The notes: a model not told the origin generated them from the sequence alone. Positions 53,882-63,204 are shown, numbered from the stretch's first letter. The stretch is DNA of 64,000 nt from a virus (IMGVR_UViG_3300042291_001013), one strand, 5' to 3'. Program-made: numbers and translations.

Positions 53882-54147
53882 TACAAATCACCTTTGAGGG
53901 TGTGCCATACCTTGGGGTCACAACCCAAGTAGATGTGATACTTGACGTGATTGCGCCAGCGACTGAATCTATTTACTCGACCTTCAACCCAGTTGAACAT
54001 ACTGTCCCTGAACCATAGTGGGTTTACAATAGCAACTATCAGCAACACAGCCAAAAAGGGCATGCACACAATTACTGTAACCCAGTGAAAGGTCATGGCC
54101 CGATAAAAGCGGCCGCCTTCGGGTGTGAGTGTAATTTCTTTGTTCAT
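53881..54147 (-). CDS. Small membrane protein
   Basis: One hydrophobic helix; GAGG RBS. Confidence 0.65.
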   Translation of the reverse strand: MNKEITLTPEGGRFYRAMTFHWVTVIVCMPFLAVLLIVAIVNPLWFRDSMFNWVEGRVNRFSRWRNHVKYHIYLGCDPKVWHTLKGDL

Positions 54148-54148
54148 G

Positions 54149-54586
54149 TTATTCCTCTTCAAAACAGTCGTATTCTTCTTCCTCTTCCTCGTCACCAGTT
54201 TCAATTTGAACATGCCCAAACATCAGCAGGCCTTGATCTGATGACACTTCAAAAGGTTCTGTAAATTCAACAAACGCACCGAGTCCTTGCAAAAATTCTT
54301 TGGTGTATTCTGTGTCACGGATATCTTCAACACGGATGCAACCAATTGATCCAGAGTCCACATCGTGCATGGTGCCAACATTGGACCTGTAAGTACCGTC
54401 ACCGTATGCAGTACCAAAGCTGGCAAAACAACGACCGTCCCGGAGTGTGAACTCGCCGTCAACCCCACGTCCAGGAGCACCCGGAGGGAAAAACAATTCG
54501 CAACATTCTTGCCATTCGGGGTGCATAACATAGCACAAGTCACCAATGTAGTATCGTCCTGCGGGCATAGTCATGTTTATCACCAT
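54149..54586 (-). CDS. Hypothetical protein
   Basis: YYIGDLCYV..VDSGSIG; acidic tail. Confidence 0.7.
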   Translation of the reverse strand: MVINMTMPAGRYYIGDLCYVMHPEWQECCELFFPPGAPGRGVDGEFTLRDGRCFASFGTAYGDGTYRSNVGTMHDVDSGSIGCIRVEDIRDTEYTKEFLQGLGAFVEFTEPFEVSSDQGLLMFGHVQIETGDEEEEEEYDCFEEE

Positions 54587-54813
54587 TCTTTCTTGTTGCC
54601 ATTGGCTTCGTTGTCACGATAACCTGCGGTGTAGGCTACGATTTCATGTGCAGTCATCTGTGCCAACTCAATCTTTGGTGAGTTGTAACTGTCACCTACA
54701 AAGTAGTGAGGATTGTACTCACGACCGTAGTAGCTGTCTGCTTGTCCGCGATCATAGGGACCTCCATGGCGTTCAGTGTAGTAACCAGTTTGTGTGTGTT
54801 CTAACAACATCAT
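54580..54813 (-). CDS. Hypothetical early protein
   Basis: AAGGAG RBS; start 54813. Confidence 0.7.
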   Translation of the reverse strand: MMLLEHTQTGYYTERHGGPYDRGQADSYYGREYNPHYFVGDSYNSPKIELAQMTAHEIVAYTAGYRDNEANGNKKEW

Positions 54814-54821
54814 TGAACTCC

Positions 54822-55193
54822 TTAAGCCGCTTTGCGGAAGTAACCATAGGGCAAGCCCTGGGTGAAACAAAAATATTCATGGTCGCCATTGGCGCCTTCG
54901 GCGTCTATGAGCCATGCAATCACACGCTCACGGTTGGTACCGGTGTGCATGAGACTGGTAACACGATCTTCAAACTTCACAATGGCGTCAGCTTCAGCTA
55001 CCTGACGATTGGCGTGTTCACGCTCGATCACAGAGCCCAGACTTGCAAACTCCATCTCAAATTCTGCAAGAGTCCAGGTGCTGGTATCAACACCGCGGGG
55101 ACGAACGCCATAGGCATCCTTGTACATGTCCCAGTACTGGCAAGCATACTGCTCGAGAGTGCTCATTTCTTCCCAGCTTTTGAACTCTTCCAT
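54822..55193 (-). CDS. Hypothetical early protein
   Basis: AAGGAG RBS; downstream of a consensus promoter. Confidence 0.75.
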   Translation of the reverse strand: MEEFKSWEEMSTLEQYACQYWDMYKDAYGVRPRGVDTSTWTLAEFEMEFASLGSVIEREHANRQVAEADAIVKFEDRVTSLMHTGTNRERVIAWLIDAEGANGDHEYFCFTQGLPYGYFRKAA

Positions 55194-55220
55194 CTTTGGC
55201 TCCTTTGTGTCTATGTGTGT

Positions 55221-55249
55221 ATTATAGCAGATTGGGATTAATTGGTCAA
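55221..55249 (-). promoter_or_regulatory. Promoter TTGACC-17-TATAAT
   Basis: Direct match. Confidence 0.85.
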
Positions 55250-55581
55250 ACACCGCGAACATCTGTGTTCAAGTTGGGTCGGTGTGTGCGGATCAAGTCA
55301 CGTTCAAATGTGTGTGCTTCAGTTTTACCGCGCATCACAGCCAAAACGTTCACAGTAAAACCGCCAGTGCCACGCTCACGCATGCACTCATACAGTGCCC
55401 AAGATTTGTCTTCGCTACGTGAGCGATACAAGTGCTTCATGCAACGAGTCATCACGCTCTTTTTCACAGTGCTTGCAGTCTTGGCAGTTACGCCAATGTA
55501 AAAATCGCTACCGCTTGTGAGCATGTAAACAATGTGAGTACGATCTGTACGTTTTTTACGGGCTACTGTTTTTGTGTTCAT
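55246..55581 (-). CDS. GIY-YIG nuclease-domain protein, leaderless
   Basis: HIVY..FYIGVT..R..H..E..LN; ATG 6 nt after TATAAT. Confidence 0.65.
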   Translation of the reverse strand: MNTKTVARKKRTDRTHIVYMLTSGSDFYIGVTAKTASTVKKSVMTRCMKHLYRSRSEDKSWALYECMRERGTGGFTVNVLAVMRGKTEAHTFERDLIRTHRPNLNTDVRGV

Positions 55582-55587
55582 GTGTAT

Positions 55588-55616
55588 ATTATAACCGATC
55601 TTGCGTTTTTGGTCAA
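55588..55616 (-). promoter_or_regulatory. Promoter TTGACC-17-TATAAT
   Basis: Direct match; leaderless GIY-YIG ORF follows. Confidence 0.85.
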
Positions 55617-55630
55617 CCAGTTTTCACATG

Positions 55631-55658
55631 AAAAGTAGTACTAAAAAGTACTACTTTT
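55631..55658. terminator. 11-bp hairpin, possible bidirectional terminator or operator
   Basis: AAAAGTAGTAC-TAAAAA-GTACTACTTTT. Confidence 0.6.
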
Positions 55659-55688
55659 TGGGGCTAAAAAGTGTTGTTTTTATGCTAC

Positions 55689-55717
55689 AGTATAAACGAT
55701 CGGGGTATTTTGGTCAA
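55689..55717 (-). promoter_or_regulatory. Promoter TTGACC-17-TATACT
   Basis: Direct match; no ORF immediately downstream. Confidence 0.65.
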
Positions 55718-55729
55718 GTAAATACCCCT

Positions 55730-56683
55730 ATGGATTACTCGGTTTTTATTGATCAAACATTGACCAAATATAACATTCCCTTTCATGCAGAGTTCAGTGC
55801 ATATTACACAAACTTTCATCCTGACCGTGGTTGGCCCGTAAAAATGCCCGACATTGAGCCAGGCAAATTTTTGGTCTTGCACTTGCCCGACTACATTACT
55901 TGGAAAGGTCGTCGCATACTTGAGCTGGAACAAATTGAACAACGTTATGGTGCTGACGCCAACCGAGTGATTGTACACTATTGGAATCATGGCCTGAGCC
56001 GATACTACGCAGGGCCACTCAACATTATTGAGTTTAGCAATCACAATCATGGTACTGCAAACAGCCTGCGAGACATTTATCCCGAGTGGAAAGATATTCT
56101 AAATCCTCGACGCACAAGATGGCAATGTTTGAACGGTCGCTATTGTCAACATCGCAGACGTGCGGTGGATGTTCTACAGCACTGGCCTCATGGTGTTCTA
56201 AGTTATGGTACAGAAATACCACTACCGGACTGGGGGTATGATCACTACATGGGTTGTAACAATCAAGAAAACTTTTTAAAATTAAAGTGGGTTTATGAGT
56301 CAGCGGCAATCAACATTGTGACTGAAACCATGTATGATGATGCTCCGGGTATTGTGACTGAAAAAACACAAATGGCTTTTGCCGCAGAACAAATACCCAT
56401 TGTGATTGGCCACCAAGGTATTGTACAAGACTGTCGTGAACTGGGCTTTGATATGTTTGATGATTTGGTAGATACCAGTTACGATATGTTGCCCAATGAT
56501 ATACGAGTAGAAGAAGCCCTGCGCAGAAATCAAGACCTTATCTTGGGTCGCGTTGACCTTGAACCTTATCGTGCTAGACTACAGCGTAATAGAGTATTCT
56601 TGCTTGACGAGTTTCCTGAACGTTGCCGATACAATTATGACCGTCAAGTTGCGGCCCTGGCCATGCGTCTAGGTACGATTTAA
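55730..56683 (+). CDS. GT10-like TEK-motif protein
   Basis: NIVTET..VTEKT..GFDMFDD..DTSYD; TAAATA 5 nt before ATG 55730. Confidence 0.55.
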   Translation: MDYSVFIDQTLTKYNIPFHAEFSAYYTNFHPDRGWPVKMPDIEPGKFLVLHLPDYITWKGRRILELEQIEQRYGADANRVIVHYWNHGLSRYYAGPLNIIEFSNHNHGTANSLRDIYPEWKDILNPRRTRWQCLNGRYCQHRRRAVDVLQHWPHGVLSYGTEIPLPDWGYDHYMGCNNQENFLKLKWVYESAAINIVTETMYDDAPGIVTEKTQMAFAAEQIPIVIGHQGIVQDCRELGFDMFDDLVDTSYDMLPNDIRVEEALRRNQDLILGRVDLEPYRARLQRNRVFLLDEFPERCRYNYDRQVAALAMRLGTI

Positions 56684-57034
56684 ATATCTCAAAAACTTTT
56701 CAAGATCGCCGTACAAGGAATACGTTGTGGCTTCCTTGCTACCAAACAATAATAGTTTGGGCTTCTTGCCAAGAAAGATGTAGTAAGGACAGGTGAGCTT
56801 GCGATCAAATGTTAGCAGTTGGCCTGGCAATGCAGGCATACTAGCAGGAATATCAAACTCGTAGTGTGCAATTTCTAACTGACTAAAAACAAAAAAGCCC
56901 TCGGCAGTTAAGCGTAAGCCTGCATGTTCGTCGGGATTTTTCCACCACTCTTGTAGTGCTTGATCTAATGTGGGATTGATCTCCCACTTGAGCTGATCTA
57001 ATATCTGTTGAGTTAGAGAGATCTTATTGAACAT
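56669..57034 (-). CDS. Hypothetical protein
   Basis: Operon-packed ORF. Confidence 0.7.
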   Translation of the reverse strand: MFNKISLTQQILDQLKWEINPTLDQALQEWWKNPDEHAGLRLTAEGFFVFSQLEIAHYEFDIPASMPALPGQLLTFDRKLTCPYYIFLGKKPKLLLFGSKEATTYSLYGDLEKFLRYLNRT

Positions 57035-57320
57035 TGGGGTACACTTGCGCCCCTTGCGTCAAGAGCACAACTGTGAATTTGTCGGTCTTGAACTGTGTGT
57101 TGAGTTTCTTGGCCAGGTTCTTGGCATGCCCTGGATTTGAAAAGCTGACCTTTTTGTACTTGGGGCCAGGATATTGAGTCAGTAGATTTGACGTCTTGAG
57201 GTTGATGGGTTTGGAATCGTAGAACACCGCCCACACACCTTCTGAAGCCAGTACTTGCTCAGTCTTGTATGTTTGTTTGTCAGTGTGCTCAACCAGCACT
57301 AATGGCTTGGGTCTACTCAT
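57024..57320 (-). CDS. Hypothetical protein
   Basis: TAAATA plus GGAG RBS. Confidence 0.75.
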   Translation of the reverse strand: MSRPKPLVLVEHTDKQTYKTEQVLASEGVWAVFYDSKPINLKTSNLLTQYPGPKYKKVSFSNPGHAKNLAKKLNTQFKTDKFTVVLLTQGAQVYPNVQ

Positions 57321-57351
57321 CGTTATCTCCGTAGTTTATTTATCTCAAAAA

Positions 57352-57564
57352 CTACGTGCTTTTGAAACTCCCACCCACAAGTTCAATCTCAACAACTTCT
57401 TCTTTGGCGGCTGGAATTCCACGCAAGATTTCCAAGGTCAGCAACAATTTGGTAATGTCACTGTGTAAATCCTTGGCATCTCGCAAGGTCATTGTTAAAT
57501 CGCGTTGATTGCGACTCTCTGCGGCTTTGATAGCGTCAACAAATCGATTTATATGCAAGCTCAT
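57352..57564 (-). CDS. Hypothetical protein
   Basis: ATGA coupling. Confidence 0.7.
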   Translation of the reverse strand: MSLHINRFVDAIKAAESRNQRDLTMTLRDAKDLHSDITKLLLTLEILRGIPAAKEEVVEIELVGGSFKST

Positions 57565-57953
57565 TTTGTTTGCAAGTATGGATCATTTTTGTGAAGATGT
57601 GGTTTCAAGTCCGGTGCTGTCCAGCCCACAGGCTTGAGTACCTTGCCATCTTCGCGCTTGCGAACTTTGCCAGTTTCTCGATCAATCTTGGCAAAGTTAG
57701 TGCGCATGACTTCTTTCCAGCCACCTTCAGCGTCCATGCCTGCTGAGTGGATGGCACCAATTGTCACAACAAGAATATCCAGCAAGGCATCTAAGATTTC
57801 TTCATCGTTGTTGTCAACTAGAGCTTGTTTGAGTTCTTTGTGTTCTTCTTCAATCAAGGAACAGTACATGTCAAACTGTGTGCCATTGAACTTTTCAACC
57901 GACTGGTCGCAGGCCCGCATGAATTTTTCTTGATCACGAAACGGATTGGTCAT
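57561..57953 (-). CDS. MazG/PRA-PH-like NTP pyrophosphohydrolase
   Basis: EEHKEL..DALLDILVV..RTNFAK..GKVLKP. Confidence 0.85.
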   Translation of the reverse strand: MTNPFRDQEKFMRACDQSVEKFNGTQFDMYCSLIEEEHKELKQALVDNNDEEILDALLDILVVTIGAIHSAGMDAEGGWKEVMRTNFAKIDRETGKVRKREDGKVLKPVGWTAPDLKPHLHKNDPYLQTK

Positions 57954-58386
57954 TTGCTTCTTCTTTGGTATGGAAAGGACCTGCATACTTGTAGCGTTGC
58001 AAGGTAATGAGCTTGGGGTGCTGTATAGTCTTCCAAGTTCGATGTTGTTTAACACTATACCAACCTGCCGCATACCAGCTCTTGCTTTTGTTGTCACGAG
58101 TGAACAATGGTAACTTTAACTGTACATTCCACAAGGGATTGTACACTTGTCCAGTAACTTCAAAGCCATGAACAATGTTGGCCGGTACTGGGTGAGATTC
58201 TACTAAAGGTTCAAACTCAATATTGGCCGCTTGACGGGCCATTTTGATAGTTTTGTATTGTGCTACGCTATCGTTAATTCGTATGGTGCAGTTACCATTC
58301 TCGGCTACTTCAAGTTGACCAACCTTGCGGTTATCCTGCTTGAGTATCCAAAACTGGTTCTCTACTACGGGTTTGGCTAATATCAT
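57934..58386 (-). CDS. Hypothetical protein
   Basis: 150-aa ORF in operon orientation. Confidence 0.7.
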   Translation of the reverse strand: MILAKPVVENQFWILKQDNRKVGQLEVAENGNCTIRINDSVAQYKTIKMARQAANIEFEPLVESHPVPANIVHGFEVTGQVYNPLWNVQLKLPLFTRDNKSKSWYAAGWYSVKQHRTWKTIQHPKLITLQRYKYAGPFHTKEEANDQSVS

Positions 58387-59380
58387 CTAGTACTCCTTTA
58401 TATGTTTCGTTGAGCCAACGACTAACTTGATCTGCATTGTCACTAAGTTTGGTCAGCTCGTATTTGCCACAGAACTTTAGAAAGTGTGCGCCTACCATGC
58501 CTACATCCTTGTGTGAAATTTGTTCATGGATGCAAGAATCCACTGTGGCTTTGATATCTGCAGGTTGTGCTGTAAGATCAACCAAGGTACAATTACGCTC
58601 GTAGTCATCCAACACACGATGTTCTTCACCATTGTGGTCAGTCCAACGTTGCAACATTAGATTGTTCCACGAGTAGCCTTTTTTGTCTCGATCCCCATAG
58701 GCTTCCTCGAGACCAACTTTATTCTTTGTGCCTTTAGTACGTACTCCCGGATATGCAGAAAAGACATTGTCGGATGTGTCTCCACGCATACACTTCTCAA
58801 ATAACAGCCAGGATGGATCCGGAATCGTTTTTGGCTGTTTAGTTTTCTTATCATTGACACGGTTACCTTTAGCATCAAATATGCCCTCCAGAGTAAGTAG
58901 TTCATCTGAGATACCATTGTACTGCGTGACATTGGCGGCCAATAACTGTACAAAGTCAGTGTCTGAGCTTACGATTGTGTGTTCATCTTGGGGGTGTAAT
59001 GCAATCCAACGTGCTATGATATCATCTGCTTCAGCAGTGGCACAACGGATAACGCTACAATTTGTTTTTGCAGACAAGTATTTAGTCAGCTCATCATACG
59101 TTTCCCAGAACAGCTTGTCCTCTTCTGCTTCTGTTTCAGTCATTGCACCACGTGCTACTGCTCGGTTTGCTTTGTAAGGCTTGTAAAAATCCTTGCGCCA
59201 GCTACGACCTTCCAGTGCGAATACAACATGGTCTGCTTGAAAACGCTTGGCCACTTTGTTGGCAGCCATGATTGTGACATGCAGGGCAAAGCCCAGTTTG
59301 GTCCATGTGTCGCTGGCACGATGTGCGCTGTGGCGAGCACGAAAAAACATGTTGGCAGTGTCAATCAGTAGGTATTTCAT
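58331..59380 (-). CDS. 5'-3' exonuclease / flap endonuclease (T4 RNase H-like)
   Basis: LIDTAN, YKANR, EADD, SSDTDF, GDTSDN. Confidence 0.92.
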   Translation of the reverse strand: MKYLLIDTANMFFRARHSAHRASDTWTKLGFALHVTIMAANKVAKRFQADHVVFALEGRSWRKDFYKPYKANRAVARGAMTETEAEEDKLFWETYDELTKYLSAKTNCSVIRCATAEADDIIARWIALHPQDEHTIVSSDTDFVQLLAANVTQYNGISDELLTLEGIFDAKGNRVNDKKTKQPKTIPDPSWLLFEKCMRGDTSDNVFSAYPGVRTKGTKNKVGLEEAYGDRDKKGYSWNNLMLQRWTDHNGEEHRVLDDYERNCTLVDLTAQPADIKATVDSCIHEQISHKDVGMVGAHFLKFCGKYELTKLSDNADQVSRWLNETYKGVLDDISQTRSREPVLDTQAG

Positions 59381-60089
59381 TTGTGGAAATCAAGTTGTTA
59401 TCGTTGATGTATTGTAACACATAATCAGCCCAAAGTCTATGACTTTTGGCATCAAAGTGATAACTTGCGGCATTTGCGTATGTGCCACCGTTGTTTATTA
59501 GCCAATTATGGTAGGATTCTTCCCGAATATATGGGTGCATATAATTCTTACCCCAATTATAGTGATTTTGGATATCACTGAATGTACTATGCCCGTTAAA
59601 GAACAAGTGGCGTATACCTTGTTCTTTAAGATATTGGTGCATGGTCCAAATCTTGTTGTGTGCCTCGGGAGTCTTGATATTCCAATCTACACTAATCACA
59701 AAGTGTTTATAACGTTCTTGTAACTCATCTGGTACAGTATCTATGCCCGATGCATTGACCTGATACCACTTTCCATTGTGAAGCCATTCTTCACGTTCCC
59801 ATGTAGTCCACTGCAACACCATAAAGGTGTCTTGAAGTTTATCAGGGTTGTTTTCTATCCAGTTTAGTGTAGTTCGGATTGTGCGGTCATTACTACCACC
59901 CGAGCTGGCTTCACAAACTAATTCAGCACTTAACTTGTCAGCAACACGCTTACCATAACTGACTGCTAGATTAGCAGGATGTGGTTCGGTGCCCATCTTC
60001 CATAGTTGTCCATCATCGCAAGCCCATGCATGAGGAACAGCGGCTTCGGCCCCCGCAGAGTGACTGCAACCATTCACATACAGTATCAT
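59361..60089 (-). CDS. SGNH hydrolase-like protein
   Basis: NGCSH, GGSN, C-terminal His. Confidence 0.6.
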   Translation of the reverse strand: MILYVNGCSHSAGAEAAVPHAWACDDGQLWKMGTEPHPANLAVSYGKRVADKLSAELVCEASSGGSNDRTIRTTLNWIENNPDKLQDTFMVLQWTTWEREEWLHNGKWYQVNASGIDTVPDELQERYKHFVISVDWNIKTPEAHNKIWTMHQYLKEQGIRHLFFNGHSTFSDIQNHYNWGKNYMHPYIREESYHNWLINNGGTYANAASYHFDAKSHRLWADYVLQYINDNNLISTNEIPTD

Positions 60090-60562
60090 TTTTGTGGTGA
60101 TACTTTTTCAGACTCTGCGGCAACCACACGTTTGCGCAGGCTTGAGCTTGAAAAACTATGATCACGCTTGTTGTAAACGTGTTCAATTTGACGTCCGTGT
60201 CCTTCGCTACGACCAGTAAAGTTGGTATCTTCGTATTCTTCTCCAAGGATCCGCACATCAAGTGGCAGTGTAAGGATCAAGTCGATCAAATCTTGTTCTG
60301 TGGTGTACACAACAATTTCATCTACAAAACGGCAAGCACTCAATTGAATCTGACGCTCGATGATACTTTGCACCGGGGGATTTTTAACACCCGGGCGATC
60401 AATTGATGCATCAGTTTGCAGGCCTGCAATCAAGTAATCACAATGATTCTTGGCTTCTGCTAACATAGCAATATGCCCTGCATGTAGCATGTCAAATTGA
60501 CTGAATGTGATGCCGATTTTTTTACCCTCGGCTTTGAGTTCTTTGATGTGATTGAATATCAT
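60086..60562 (-). CDS. Cytidylyltransferase (TagD-like)
   Basis: FDMLHAGH, LQTD, SSSSLR. Confidence 0.85.
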   Translation of the reverse strand: MIFNHIKELKAEGKKIGITFSQFDMLHAGHIAMLAEAKNHCDYLIAGLQTDASIDRPGVKNPPVQSIIERQIQLSACRFVDEIVVYTTEQDLIDLILTLPLDVRILGEEYEDTNFTGRSEGHGRQIEHVYNKRDHSFSSSSLRKRVVAAESEKVSPQK

Positions 60563-60951
60563 GATACTTCACTCCGTCCGTTACCAATATCTGTAGTCTT
60601 AACATATATGCCCGATTGTCGCATGGCTTGCTCTTGTTCCCAAGTTTCCATTACAACGTGTCTACACACATTTTGGAACCAACGATCTACAATCTCTCCG
60701 TCGGTGTCTGTAGGCTTCATCATGTAGCCGGCTTTGACCAAGCGAGCCACAAAGATTTCATTCCAGTCTAGTTCAAATGCACCTTGATGCAAGTTGTTTG
60801 GATCCACATCCATACTCAGCACAGCTACATAAGGTTCACCTTTTTCGGTAGCAATCTGCTTGGCAGACTTTTCAGTTGCCTTAGTTACTCGTGGTGTTTT
60901 TTCTGTACGCACTGGCGGCGGTGCAACTTTTTTCTTTAACCAATCAAACAT
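60559..60951 (-). CDS. Hypothetical protein
   Basis: Start MFDWLKKK. Confidence 0.7.
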   Translation of the reverse strand: MFDWLKKKVAPPPVRTEKTPRVTKATEKSAKQIATEKGEPYVAVLSMDVDPNNLHQGAFELDWNEIFVARLVKAGYMMKPTDTDGEIVDRWFQNVCRHVVMETWEQEQAMRQSGIYVKTTDIGNGRSEVS

Positions 60952-60983
60952 TTCAAATGCTCCATCCAAATACATTATTCAAT

Positions 60984-61700
60984 TTACCCATTTAATGGGT
61001 GTATCCAATCTTTCAACATTACAGCAAAATTTTTATGCCCTTGCTCACTTAAATGTCCAGTAACTGGATGACTGGCTGCATCGTTTTGTTGAGCCCATTG
61101 TAACATACAAAAATCATGTAACTGATGAATATTTTTGTTTTCAGAACACCACTTGACTTGGTGCAATGATTCAATATAAGGAAAACTCTGTATAGGTATT
61201 TCGATATTTTTAGCTGCCGAAAAACAAAAAAACTCACAACCCAATGACTTGATAGTGTGTGCCAGCATGTACAAATCTGTATAAAAATCTGTCAGTTGCT
61301 TGTGAACAAACAGATCTTCAGATATCAAACACTTTTGTTCTATAGTAGCTTCTCCTAACGAAGTAAGAACATCTAACGTTACTAACTTTGGCTGAAGATG
61401 ATCCGGAGCAGAAGTACGATCTGGAATTCGTCCTATAACTCGTGGATTATTACCGTAATACCATACTTCGATCCGTCTAATAAAACTCCATCCTATAATA
61501 ACTAGTGGATTTGAAAAAGTTTTTTTTAATTCTAATAAATTTTCAAGAGTGCTTCTTACAATCCGTTTGTTATTACTACCGGCTTTTGCAATATTAATAA
61601 TTGGTATAGCTAAACTCTCAGCTAAAAATTCACTGTACACTCTGTGTTCAGGAGTTAATTGACTGTAACTATCACCGTTTACTAACACGCAATCAAACAT
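60984..61700 (-). CDS. SGNH hydrolase-like protein
   Basis: NGDSY, AGSNN, TGHL; TGATG overlap with queE. Confidence 0.65.
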   Translation of the reverse strand: MFDCVLVNGDSYSQLTPEHRVYSEFLAESLAIPIINIAKAGSNNKRIVRSTLENLLELKKTFSNPLVIIGWSFIRRIEVWYYGNNPRVIGRIPDRTSAPDHLQPKLVTLDVLTSLGEATIEQKCLISEDLFVHKQLTDFYTDLYMLAHTIKSLGCEFFCFSAAKNIEIPIQSFPYIESLHQVKWCSENKNIHQLHDFCMLQWAQQNDAASHPVTGHLSEQGHKNFAVMLKDWIHPLNG

Positions 61701-62545
61701 CACTTGCCCCAGCCGTTGCCCCAAAGATCAACGTGCAGTCGGGGACTGTACCAGTAACCACGTTTGAGTGCTTCGTCAGCAACGTTGATACGATTACCAT
61801 CATACACTGACACCACACCGCCCACAGGCATCACAAACACAGGACCAGCAAAGTCACGCAAGCGATATTCATCCACGGCACGATCCAACTCGTCAAAGTC
61901 TTCCATCTTTTCAACCACAAATTTAAGATATGTGACACCTGAGGTTTCGTAGTCCCACACAATCTCGGGCTTGATAGCATCTTCCCAGGTCTCACCACTG
62001 ACACTGAGCTTGGGGCTAACTGAAAATGTAATTTCACCATGCCAGCCACGCAGATACTCTTTGAAGTCTCTATGAAGTTCTTGGGTGCCGTTGGTTTCAA
62101 AAGTGATGTGTCGCAGTCCATTACGATGCAACACATCCAACAACTCTGGATAGGCTTTTTGCCAGCCCAACAGCGGCTCACCGCCAGTGATCACAAGATG
62201 CACAGGATTGCCATTGGGTTGCAACCAATGCTGGTGCGGCAACAATGCTGTGATTTTTTCAACTAGTTCTTCAACTTTGTAGGTGGGGCTTAGATGTTTG
62301 AATGCTGGATGCCATGAAGCATAGCTGTCACAGCCAGTGTTTACCAGCGGAAGTTCTTCAAACGTCTTGTACAGACTCACAGTCTTTGCAACTTCGTCCG
62401 CTTCGGGACTCTTCTTACCGGGCTTGCAGCCAAACCCCGAGCAGGTAAAGTTGCATCCAAACATACGCAAGAACACGCTGGGAACACCAACATAGCGTCC
62501 TTCGCCTTGTGCTGAATAAAATAATTCGCTTACTTTAAATTTCAT
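61700..62545 (-). CDS. queE: 7-carboxy-7-deazaguanine synthase (radical SAM)
   Basis: SELFYSAQGEG, GCNFTC..GCDS, ITGGEP, ETNGT, VSPK, PRLH. Confidence 0.88.
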   Translation of the reverse strand: MKFKVSELFYSAQGEGRYVGVPSVFLRMFGCNFTCSGFGCKPGKKSPEADEVAKTVSLYKTFEELPLVNTGCDSYASWHPAFKHLSPTYKVEELVEKITALLPHQHWLQPNGNPVHLVITGGEPLLGWQKAYPELLDVLHRNGLRHITFETNGTQELHRDFKEYLRGWHGEITFSVSPKLSVSGETWEDAIKPEIVWDYETSGVTYLKFVVEKMEDFDELDRAVDEYRLRDFAGPVFVMPVGGVVSVYDGNRINVADEALKRGYWYSPRLHVDLWGNGWGK

Positions 62546-63201
62546 AGTCTTGTTACCTTTGTCATTCCCGACTTGCGGGGATCTTTATTTAGATTGATAC
62601 TCTCTTCATGCATTATAACACGAGTAGATTGTTTTGTCACCCAGCCAGGCAATACTGCATCCAAATAGGCCAAATGCTCCGCAGGGCTGGGATGTGGATC
62701 ACCGTTTCTGTTGGGCCAACTGTTTTGAAACATCACGTTTTGATAGCTAGGCAAAATGCAATCTACAACATCTTGATAGATATTTAGAGAATTGAAATGA
62801 TCCATGGATAAAAATTTCCATTGCACTTGCCGGGTTTCTAACAATGTTTTTACTGCTTTGATATAAGCTAGGGTTTTTATTAACAGGCCTCTCTCATCAA
62901 CGTGTGACGCAAGGTAGTCTTTGTTGTATATCGGGCAACTAAACATATTGCCTAATGTGTGCCAGCGGTCGTTAACATATCTATCTTCTCGTGTGGCAGT
63001 AGTCCAACATACTATCACAGTATCTTGCGGGCCAAATTGCTGACGCTGATCGGCTTCCATCACGCTGTTGAATATAAATTCGTTGCCTGCCCCGCTCTGT
63101 CCCCAGTTTTCAAAATAATCAAATTCTGGGGCAAGGCAGTCGGCCCAGGTGCTCCAACGATAGTTAGTAAAACTGCAACCAAATGCAAACAGTCTTTGCA
63201 T
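62542..63201 (-). CDS. SGNH hydrolase-like protein
   Basis: FGCSF, GAGN, DPHP. Confidence 0.65.
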   Translation of the reverse strand: MQRLFAFGCSFTNYRWSTWADCLAPEFDYFENWGQSGAGNEFIFNSVMEADQRQQFGPQDTVIVCWTTATREDRYVNDRWHTLGNMFSCPIYNKDYLASHVDERGLLIKTLAYIKAVKTLLETRQVQWKFLSMDHFNSLNIYQDVVDCILPSYQNVMFQNSWPNRNGDPHPSPAEHLAYLDAVLPGWVTKQSTRVIMHEESINLNKDPRKSGMTKVTRL

Positions 63202-63204
63202 GTA

